Shown piece by piece: positions 1 to 6,299 of a stretch of 24,000 nt of DNA. The stretch is from assembly GCA_049976725.1 (NCBI GenBank), contig JBMFHR010000003.1, forward strand, positions 45,778 to 69,777, in the 5' to 3' direction. The stretch is from Conexivisphaera sp. (lineage in GTDB: Archaea > Thermoproteota > Nitrososphaeria > Conexivisphaerales > Conexivisphaeraceae). The notes beneath the pieces are model-generated. The model did no database searches. It was not told the origin of the DNA and saw only the letters and a program-made list of their open reading frames with translations. Position 1 is the first letter of the stretch. Every line of letters starts with the position of its first letter. The translations under genes and the position numbers were made by a program.

Positions 1-492
1 AACCGCCGCTTCCTGCTGATCGTGATGGACAACGGCACGACTGCCATGACGGGCTTCGAGCCGCCGCCCAATGCCCCCTACGGGGCAGGTGGGAGGCCTT
101 TGACCCCGATCCGGATAGAGGAGGTCGCGAGGGCTATCGGCGCGAAGTACGTGAGGGTCGTCGATCCCTACGACCTGCGGGGCACGCTGTCGGCGGTCAA
201 GGAGGCGCTGGCGTCGGACGGCGTCTCCGTCGTGGTCGCCAGAAGGGAGTGCGCGCTGCTGCGCGACGCGGAGCTGCGCAGGAGGGGCGAGCCGGTGCAG
301 GCCTACGAGGTGGATCAGGACAAGTGCGCAAAGTGCCTCAACTGCGTGGAGGACTTCTCGTGTCCCTCCTTCTACGTTGACGAGGGCGGGCTGGTCAGGA
401 TAGATCCCAGCCTCTGCGACGGGTGCGGGGTCTGCGCGCAGAGGCTGGTCTGTCCACCGGCAGCCATAACGAAGCCCAGGGGTGAGGGCTGA
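1..492 (+). CDS. iorA: indolepyruvate:ferredoxin oxidoreductase alpha subunit, C-terminal part (5' end lies outside the window)
   Basis: Frame 1 is open from base 1 (NRRFLLIVMDNGTTAMTG...). It carries two 4Fe-4S motifs, CAKCLNCVEDFSCP and CDGCGVCAQRLVCP. The stop TGA at 490-492 overlaps the ATG of the next gene by 1 nt, and the matching beta subunit follows directly. Confidence 0.8.
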   Translation, partial: NRRFLLIVMDNGTTAMTGFEPPPNAPYGAGGRPLTPIRIEEVARAIGAKYVRVVDPYDLRGTLSAVKEALASDGVSVVVARRECALLRDAELRRRGEPVQAYEVDQDKCAKCLNCVEDFSCPSFYVDEGGLVRIDPSLCDGCGVCAQRLVCPPAAITKPRGEG

Positions 493-1115
493 TGCGCGCG
501 GGCCGCGACAGCATCAACATAATCATAGCAGGAGTGGGCGGCCAGGGGAACGTCACCGCCGGCATCATAATGGGCGAGGCCGCGCGGCTCGCCGGGCTCA
601 ACGCCGTCATGTCGGAGATCCACGGGCTGGCGCAGAGGGGCGGCATCGTGTCGGTCGACTTCAGGATAGGCAACGTCTACGGGCCGATAATACCGGACGG
701 CGAGGTGGACCTGATCCTGGGGTTCGAGATCCTGGAGTCGCTGAGGGCCCTCAGCAGGGCGAGGCCCGGCACCGTCGTCATCACGAGCACCGAGAGGATA
801 GTGCCGTCGAGCGTCAACGTTGGGGAGGCGAAGTACCCGGACCTGGGCGACCTCAGGAGCAGGGCGGTCGCACGGGGCGCGAGAATCTACGAGATAGACG
901 CGCCCTCCATAGCCCTGGCCGCCGGATCCGCGCTGGCCTCCAACATGGTCATGGTGGGCGCCGCCATGGGCGCCGGCTTCCTGCCCGTGGGCATGAACCA
1001 CGTGAGGGACGCGATAAGGATTCACTTCAGGGAGCGCCTGTGGGAGGTCAACGAGCGCGCCGTGGAGATGGGCTTTCAGGAGATTCGGCGCCTGATGGGC
1101 GCCGCCGTGCCCTGA
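492..1115 (+). CDS. iorB: indolepyruvate:ferredoxin oxidoreductase beta subunit
   Basis: 207 aa. The N-terminal INIIIAGVGGQGNVTAGIIMGEAA glycine-rich motif is typical of the gamma/beta-type 2-oxoacid:ferredoxin oxidoreductase subunit. It is translationally coupled to iorA (TGATG). Confidence 0.8.
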   Translation: MRAGRDSINIIIAGVGGQGNVTAGIIMGEAARLAGLNAVMSEIHGLAQRGGIVSVDFRIGNVYGPIIPDGEVDLILGFEILESLRALSRARPGTVVITSTERIVPSSVNVGEAKYPDLGDLRSRAVARGARIYEIDAPSIALAAGSALASNMVMVGAAMGAGFLPVGMNHVRDAIRIHFRERLWEVNERAVEMGFQEIRRLMGAAVP

Positions 1116-1120
1116 GTGCG

Positions 1121-1294
1121 TCACGCGCTGACGGCTTCGGCCTCCTTGCGGAGCTCCGAGTAGAACTCCCTGAAGCTCTTGTCCGTGGAGCTCGTGATCC
1201 AGTGGAGCAGCGCGTGCCTCTCGAATTTGTCCCCCCTCACGCGCTGCTTGCACACCTTGCAGATTACGTAGTCCTCCCTGTGCTTCCCGGTCAT
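1121..1294 (-). CDS. small C2H2-type zinc-finger protein (57 aa), unannotated in the ORF track
   Basis: My own reverse-complement translation is MTGKHREDYVICKVCKQRVRGDKFERHALLHWITSSTDKSFREFYSELRKEAEAVSA*. The ATG (1294-1292) directly follows the rtcB stop TAA (1297-1295), giving TAAATG. Third codon positions are G/C-rich with AGG/AAG usage like neighbouring genes. It contains a C-x2-C-x11-H-x3-H motif. Confidence 0.55.
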   Translation of the reverse strand: MTGKHREDYVICKVCKQRVRGDKFERHALLHWITSSTDKSFREFYSELRKEAEAVSA

Positions 1295-2749
1295 TTAACC
1301 CTTCACCACCCCCAGGGGCCTCAGGCGGGCCACCTTTTTAGCTAATCCAGCGGCGTGCGTGGCGTCCGCGACCGCGTCCACGTCCTTGTAGGCGTCGGGC
1401 GCCTCCTCCACCACGGTGTCGACGCTCGAGGCCTTGACGAGCACCCCTCCCCTCTCGAGCGCGTCCAGCAGGTCACGGTACCTGTGCTTCCTCTTCGCCG
1501 CCGCCCTGCTCATGAAGCGCCCCGCGCCGTGCGCGGCGCTCCCGAAGCTCAGCTCCATGCTCGTGTGCACGCCGACCATCACCCAGCTCCCCGTCCCCAT
1601 GCTGCCCGGTATCAGCACCGGTTGGCCTATCTCCCTGTAATCCGCCGGTATCTGGTCGGAGCCCGGCGGGAAGGAGCGCGTCGCCCCCTTCCTGTGGACG
1701 TACACCTTCCTGCGCTCCCCGTCCACCACGTGCTCCTCCAGCTTCACTATGTTGTGGGCCACGTCGTACACGAGCTCGAGCCCGAGCGACTCCGCGTCCC
1801 TACCGTAGACCCTGCTGAACGCTTCCCTGACCCAGTGCGTTATCATCTGGCGATTCGCCCAAGCGAAGTTCGCGGCGCTGGCCATGGCCCCGAGGTAATT
1901 CTGGACCTCCTCCGTCCTGACCGGCCCGTAGGCGAGCTCCCTGTCCGGCAGCCTTATGCCCTCCCTGGCTATGACGCGCTCCATCACCCTCAGGTAATCG
2001 CTGCATATCTGGTGCCCGAAGCCCCTGCTACCGGTGTGTATCAGCACCATGACCTGCCCGGGCCTGATGCCCATGGCCCTGGCGGCAGCCTCGTCCATGA
2101 CCCTATCCACGACCTCGAGCTCCAGGAAGTGGTTCCCGCTGCCGAGCGTCCCCAGCTGCTCGGCCCCCCTCCTCTTGGCGGTCTCGCTCACCTTGCTCGG
2201 GTCAGCCCACCTTATCCTGCCCCCCTCCTCCGCGTGCTCGAGGTCCCTCTTCCAGCCGTACCCGTGCTCTACGGCCCACTCCATGCCGAGCTCGGCCACC
2301 TCGTCGAGCTCGCGCGTGGACACGCGGACGATCCCCTCGCTGCCGACGCCGCTGGGGACCAGCTTGAATATCTGGTCCAGCAGCTCCCTGATCTTTGGCT
2401 TCACGTCCTCGACGCTCAGGTTCGTCCTGAGGAGCCTCACGCCGCAGTTGATGTCGTAACCCACTCCTCCCGGGCTCACGGCCCCCTCCTCCGCGTCCAT
2501 GGCGGCGACTCCGCCCACGGGGAAACCGTAGCCCTCGTGCGCGTCCGGCAGCACGATCGCCCACTTCTGGATACCCTTTATCGTGCTGACGTTCATCGCC
2601 TGGAGGAGCGTCCTGTCCTCCCGCATCTTGCCGAGCAGCGCCTCCGACGCGTAGATGCGGACGGGCACCCTCATGTCCTCGCGCGCTTCCCTCGGGATCT
2701 CCCAGACGTGCGAGTCGACCCTCCTGAGCCGCACGTTGTCCGCCGACAC
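1295..2749 (-). CDS. rtcB: RNA-splicing ligase RtcB (3'-phosphate/5'-hydroxyl RNA ligase)
   Basis: 484 aa with hallmark RtcB motifs: VLPDAHEGYGFPVGGVAA, GYDINCGVRL, GSGNHFLE, HTGSRGFGHQ, PGSMGT, HGAGR. The start codon is GTG (plus-strand cac at 2747-2749). The length is canonical, so there is no intein. Confidence 0.95.
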   Translation of the reverse strand: MSADNVRLRRVDSHVWEIPREAREDMRVPVRIYASEALLGKMREDRTLLQAMNVSTIKGIQKWAIVLPDAHEGYGFPVGGVAAMDAEEGAVSPGGVGYDINCGVRLLRTNLSVEDVKPKIRELLDQIFKLVPSGVGSEGIVRVSTRELDEVAELGMEWAVEHGYGWKRDLEHAEEGGRIRWADPSKVSETAKRRGAEQLGTLGSGNHFLELEVVDRVMDEAAARAMGIRPGQVMVLIHTGSRGFGHQICSDYLRVMERVIAREGIRLPDRELAYGPVRTEEVQNYLGAMASAANFAWANRQMITHWVREAFSRVYGRDAESLGLELVYDVAHNIVKLEEHVVDGERRKVYVHRKGATRSFPPGSDQIPADYREIGQPVLIPGSMGTGSWVMVGVHTSMELSFGSAAHGAGRFMSRAAAKRKHRYRDLLDALERGGVLVKASSVDTVVEEAPDAYKDVDAVADATHAAGLAKKVARLRPLGVVKG

Positions 2750-2771
2750 GGGCTCAGCTTGGCGGGGATCG

Positions 2772-2780
2772 CTTTAAGGT
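2772..2780 (-). promoter_or_regulatory. TATA-like box for rtcB
   Basis: The minus strand reads ACCTTAAAG, 23-31 nt upstream of the rtcB GTG. This fits a leaderless or short-leader archaeal promoter. It is flanked by the inverted repeat GGATCG (2766-2771) / CGATCC (2787-2792). Confidence 0.45.
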
Positions 2781-2825
2781 TATGGTCGATCCGGGTCCCG
2801 CGCCCGGGTGCGCCGGCGGGAATCG

Positions 2826-2833
2826 TATTTAAG
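2826..2833 (+). promoter_or_regulatory. TATA-like box for the endA operon
   Basis: TATTTAAG lies 24 nt upstream of the endA ATG at 2857. Confidence 0.5.
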
Positions 2834-2856
2834 TCCCGGGAACCGCTGGTGCTCTC

Positions 2857-3396
2857 ATGGAATCCCTCTTGGAGCTGCGCGCCCTTCCGAGGGGCGGCTT
2901 CGTGGCCTGCGGGGACTCCGTCGGGTGGCTCAGGGAGAGGGGGTACGGCACGGAGCGCGAGGGATGCCAGGTCCTGGAGCTCCACGAGGCCCTCTACCTC
3001 GTCGAGAGGGGCAGCGCGAGGGCCATGGACGGCTCCGGATCACCGCTCGACGCGCCCAAGATGATCATCATCGGGTCCAGGCGCGACGACCGGTTCCTCA
3101 CGAAGTACATAGTCTACAGGGATCTCAGGAACAGGGGGTACGTGGTGCGCGGCGGCTACGGGATCGGCAGCGACTTCAGGGTCTACCGCCGCGGCGAGTA
3201 CGGCGAACGCGATGCCAGATACTTGGTCGTGGCCATGGAGGAGGGGAGCCGCATGTCGGCCTCCAGGCTGGCCGGGATCTACCTGCGCGCGCTGAACCTG
3301 GGCAAGGAACTGGTCCTGGCCGTCGTGGAGAGCCACGGCGACGTCGTCTACTACTCGGTCACTCAGTTCAACCTCAGGAGGGGAGATGGGGGATGA
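2857..3396 (+). CDS. endA: tRNA-splicing endonuclease family protein (EndA-like, 179 aa)
   Basis: The C-terminal half matches the EndA catalytic-domain pattern: YRDLRNRGYVVRGGYGIGSDFRVYRRG....YLVV......LAGIYLRALNLGKELVLAVVESHGDVVYY. The length equals homotetramer-type EndA. See the finding on the missing His. Confidence 0.85.
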   Translation: MESLLELRALPRGGFVACGDSVGWLRERGYGTEREGCQVLELHEALYLVERGSARAMDGSGSPLDAPKMIIIGSRRDDRFLTKYIVYRDLRNRGYVVRGGYGIGSDFRVYRRGEYGERDARYLVVAMEEGSRMSASRLAGIYLRALNLGKELVLAVVESHGDVVYYSVTQFNLRRGDGG

Positions 3397-4232
3397 GGCC
3401 GAGGTCGGCGCTCGAGATAATTAGGCCCGTCAACGACGCCATGATAGGGCTGGCGGTCATAGCCGGTTACCTCGTCGGCGGGGGCCGCACCCCAGTCCCG
3501 GCCGCCCTGGGGTTCGCCACCGGCTTCCTGATATCCGGCTACTCCATGGTCATCAACGACATCTTCGACGTGCGGATAGACGTGCTGAACCGGCGGATGC
3601 GCCCGCTCGTGAGGGGCGACATGTCGGTCAAGGAGGCCTGGGCCCTGGCGCTGTCCATGGTCGCCCTCGGGCTGCTGGCGTCCGCGCTCTCTGGACCGTC
3701 CACGTTCGCGGTGGCGCTCACGTTCGCGGTCCTGGCGTTCGCGTACAGCGCCAGGCTGAAGAGGGAGGGGTTGGCCGGCAACATCGTGGTCGCGCTTTCC
3801 ATGGCGATACCGTTCCTGTACGGCGGGCTCATCGCCGGCATAAATTACACGCTGGTGTTCGTGATGTTCTCCACCTCATTCCTGACGGGCCTCTCGAGGG
3901 AGGTGCTGAAGTCGATAGCCGATGTCAGGGGCGACTCGGCCTCCGGCGTCCGCAGCCTGCCCGTCGTGGCCGGCATCGAGGCGTCCGCCCTGCTATCGGC
4001 ATCGCTGACGCTCGCCGCGATACCCATAGCCTACATACCGGTGATCGCGGGGATGTACACGCCGTTCTACCTGGTCGGAGTGACCGCGGCCTCCCTGATC
4101 TTCGCGCTGATATCGATAGACATAACCAGGCTCCGCGAGCCGCAGAGGGCGTACGTCCTGAAGAGGCGCATGCTGATACCCATGGCCATAGGGCTTATAA
4201 CTTACGTCGTGCAGGGACTCCTGTCGCCTTGA
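3393..4232 (+). CDS. UbiA-family prenyltransferase, probably digeranylgeranylglyceryl phosphate synthase
   Basis: The true start is the ATG at 3393 (MRPRSALEIIRPVNDAMIG...), which overlaps the endA stop (ATGA). The long N-terminal extension in the ORF track (from 2808) is out-of-frame overlap with endA. The protein is a ~279-aa polytopic membrane protein with Asp-rich motifs NDIFDVRID and KSIADVRGD. Confidence 0.75.
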   Translation: MRPRSALEIIRPVNDAMIGLAVIAGYLVGGGRTPVPAALGFATGFLISGYSMVINDIFDVRIDVLNRRMRPLVRGDMSVKEAWALALSMVALGLLASALSGPSTFAVALTFAVLAFAYSARLKREGLAGNIVVALSMAIPFLYGGLIAGINYTLVFVMFSTSFLTGLSREVLKSIADVRGDSASGVRSLPVVAGIEASALLSASLTLAAIPIAYIPVIAGMYTPFYLVGVTAASLIFALISIDITRLREPQRAYVLKRRMLIPMAIGLITYVVQGLLSP

Positions 4233-5500
4233 TATGGACCGAGAAGCACAGGCCCCGGAAGGTCGAGGAGATGGTCGGCAACGAGGACGCCAGGGCCCTG
4301 TTCCTGCGCTGGCTCAGGGAGTGGACGCCCGGCACGCGGCCCGCGCTGCTCCTCGGCCCTCCCGGGACGGGGAAGACCACGCTGGTCCACGCCGCGGCCC
4401 GGGAACTCGGCTACGACGTGCTGGAGCTCAACGCGAGCGATTATAGGACGAAGGACCTGCTCGAGAAGCGCCTCAGGCCAGCCATGGGCGGCCTGACGGT
4501 CTTCGGGTCCCGAATACTGGTTTTCCTGGACGAGGTGGACGGCCTTTACAGCAGGGCCGACTACGGTGGGGCGGAGTATCTGCTGAACCTGATCTCATCC
4601 ATCAGGGTGCCGCTCGCGATGGCCGCCAACAGGGACGACGTGGGCAACATGCCGAGCATAGAGAAGGCCTCCCTGGTCGTAGTGTTCAGGCGCGTCCCCG
4701 CGCGGCTCATTGAGCTCTACCTCAGGCATATCCTGAGCTCCGAGGGGGTTGAGCTGCCCGAGGACGTGCTGCGGGAGATCGTCAGGTACTCGAGGGGCGA
4801 CGTGAGGGCGGCGATCAACGCGCTCGAGGCCGCCGCCTACTCCGGGTCGTTCGAGGGCGGCTACAGGGACGTCGAGCTCCCGCTGAGGGATGCCGTATCG
4901 GAGGCCGCCGCAGCCAGGTCCGTCGACGCGGCATACGCCAGGCTGAGGCTGGCGGACGCGCAGCCGAAGGACAAGATAAACGCGGCCTACGCCTCGCTGG
5001 TCATGGGCGCCCCGGGTGACGGTGGCTCCCTCGCGGACCGCCTGAGGGCGCTCTCGGACGCCGACGTGCTGTACTCCCGGATCGTGAGGACCCAGAACTG
5101 GAAGCTCCTCAGGTATCTGGACTACATACTCGCGAGGAGCCTCGCGGGCAGCTTCGCCACGTACTCCGAGTACGACGCGCCATACGAGGTCTCGAACCGG
5201 GCATGGAACGAGGGACGCATCTACAGGAAGCTCTCGGCGCACATGGCGCGCGCACTGCACATGTCGACCGGCGAGTTCGTCGCGTACTCGTTCGACGCGT
5301 TCGTCCTCTCGGCCTCCGGGAACGAGGCGCTGCTGGGGAGGCTGGCGCAGATGATCGACGAGGACCCGGAATCCCTGCGGTCGGTCCTCGAGGGCGAGCG
5401 CGCCCGTATCCTGGGGATCGAGCTGCCCAGGGAATCTCCCAGGGAGGGAACCAGGCGCGCGCGCCGCCGGAGTGCCTCTGGCGGGACCAGTCCCGCGTAA
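4229..5500 (+). CDS. rfcL: replication factor C large subunit
   Basis: The N-terminus IWTEKHRPRKVEEMVGNE is followed by Walker A GPPGTGKTT, Walker B FLDEVD and sensor-2 SRGDVRAAIN. The start is TTG at 4229, overlapping the preceding TGA (TTGA). Confidence 0.9.
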   Translation: MIWTEKHRPRKVEEMVGNEDARALFLRWLREWTPGTRPALLLGPPGTGKTTLVHAAARELGYDVLELNASDYRTKDLLEKRLRPAMGGLTVFGSRILVFLDEVDGLYSRADYGGAEYLLNLISSIRVPLAMAANRDDVGNMPSIEKASLVVVFRRVPARLIELYLRHILSSEGVELPEDVLREIVRYSRGDVRAAINALEAAAYSGSFEGGYRDVELPLRDAVSEAAAARSVDAAYARLRLADAQPKDKINAAYASLVMGAPGDGGSLADRLRALSDADVLYSRIVRTQNWKLLRYLDYILARSLAGSFATYSEYDAPYEVSNRAWNEGRIYRKLSAHMARALHMSTGEFVAYSFDAFVLSASGNEALLGRLAQMIDEDPESLRSVLEGERARILGIELPRESPREGTRRARRRSASGGTSPA

Positions 5501-5659
5501 ACCTGTTGTACAGCTCAGCCCACGAGCTCCGCGGATTCGCCGCCGGGTCGCCCTCATCCTCCGGGCGGAGGGGTGCGAGCGGTATGGACGCGATCGCCAG
5601 CGCCGCGCTCAGCATGTGAGGTGCGGCGTAGCCGCCGCTGGCGTCTATCGGCAACTCAC

Positions 5660-5872
5660 TCACGGTGGGGGACAGGAGGAACCCCAGGCCTCCATGATGA
5701 CCCAGGCGCCCACGATGCCTCCCGCCACCTCGCCGCCGTGGGTGTCCCGCACCGGCGCCGCGTGGATTGTCCGGGTACCTCCATAGCTCACGCCCAGGAT
5801 CGCCGCCCAGGGCGAGTTCACCGTGGCCGTGAGCGCGGTGCCCGCCGCCATCAGCGGCAGGAGCGCGAGCAC
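5660..5872 (-). CDS. hypothetical small hydrophobic protein, or a fragment of a decayed membrane-protein gene
   Basis: 70 codons from a GTG start. Third codon positions are G/C-rich. There are two hydrophobic segments (LALLPLMAAGTALTA, AGGIVGAWVIMEAW). There is no recognisable family, no ATG and no clear promoter. See the finding for 5501-5959. Confidence 0.3.
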   Translation of the reverse strand: MLALLPLMAAGTALTATVNSPWAAILGVSYGGTRTIHAAPVRDTHGGEVAGGIVGAWVIMEAWGSSCPPP

Positions 5873-6138
5873 GATGTCCCTGAGGTCGTGCCCGAGGTCC
5901 TCATCATGTAGGGCGTGGGCATGCCGCAGACGGGTATAGCGCAGTGGACACCGTGAAGGCTAACGGGAGCGAGGCGAACAGCACGCGGGGGACTCCCCCG
6001 ACACGCGCATTCCTTTAGCCCGCGGCTGCTACTTTACTTGCTCCCGACACCGCGATCGTTCGGGGTATCCGCTCGCACAATCCCGCCCATCGGCTTCGTG
6101 TGGGCGCGCGGGGCCGCGTCTCCACCGCGAGCGAGGAG

Positions 6139-6213
6139 CGGGCCCGGGGGGATTCGAACCCCTGGCCTACGGCTTAGGAGGCCGCCGCTCTATCCTGGCT
6201 GAGCTACGGGCCC
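6139..6213 (-). tRNA. tRNA-Arg (anticodon CCT)
   Basis: The reverse complement folds by hand as GGGCCCG TA GCTC AGCCAGGATA GAGC G GCGGC CTCCTAA GCCGT AGGCC AGGGG TTCGAAT CCCCC CGGGCCC G. It has a 7-bp acceptor stem, D, anticodon and T arms, and a TTCGAAT T-loop. One A:C mismatch sits at the base of the T stem. There is no intron and no encoded CCA. Confidence 0.9.
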
Positions 6214-6233
6214 ACCTCGAATCGCCCGAGGCA

Positions 6234-6242
6234 ATTATAAAG
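6234..6242 (-). promoter_or_regulatory. TATA box for tRNA-Arg
   Basis: The minus strand reads CTTTATAAT, 21-29 nt upstream of the tRNA 5' end at 6213. Confidence 0.6.
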
Positions 6243-6266
6243 GTTGCTGGGATGCGCGTTGCCACG

Positions 6267-6276
6267 CTTAAATAAG
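6267..6276 (+). promoter_or_regulatory. TATA box for the phosphoribosyltransferase gene
   Basis: CTTAAATAAG ends 24 nt upstream of the TTG start at 6300. An in-frame TAA inside the box closes the upstream reading frame. Confidence 0.55.
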
Positions 6277-6299
6277 CACCGCGCGCGAGCCAGGGCAGT

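Noticed and set aside
2808-3392. The 195-aa N-terminal extension of the UbiA-family ORF in the track (2808..4232).
   Set aside because: The extension is out-of-frame overlap with endA and is Arg/Gly-rich. The membrane protein begins naturally at the ATG at 3393, with the ATGA coupling seen elsewhere in the window.
5400-5500. The RFC large subunit C-terminus (…ELPRESPREGTRRARRRSASGGTSPA) lacks an obvious Qxx[LIM]xx[FY][FY] PCNA-interaction motif.
   Set aside because: C-terminal PIP boxes in archaeal RfcL are variable and I cannot align them reliably by eye. This is not strong enough to report as an anomaly.
5109-5663. 184-aa minus-strand ORF running antisense through the rfcL 3' end.
   Set aside because: Only its first ~45 codons look protein-like. 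The rest is Arg/Pro/Ser-rich antisense noise. It is treated as part of the frame-switching remnant rather than as a gene.
5851-5907. Possible C/D-box sRNA on the minus strand: ATGATGA (5907-5901) and CTGA (5854-5851) are 57 nt apart, which is archaeal sRNA size.
   Set aside because: There are no convincing internal D' and C' boxes at the expected spacing. The terminal stem is poor (CGCC/GGCG with asymmetric offsets). The element lies inside a G/C-third-position coding-like frame. It is worth a covariance scan, but a hand fold does not support it. The plus-strand ATGATGA at 5694-5700 has no downstream CTGA.
5930-5975. tRNA-like D-arm string GGGTATAGCGCAGTGGACACCG followed by the hairpin CCGT-GAAGGCTA-ACGG.
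   Set aside because: I could not build a cloverleaf. There is no matching acceptor stem, the candidate anticodon loop is 8 nt without U33, and there is no TTCGAAT-type T loop. It is probably a chance resemblance or a very degraded fragment.
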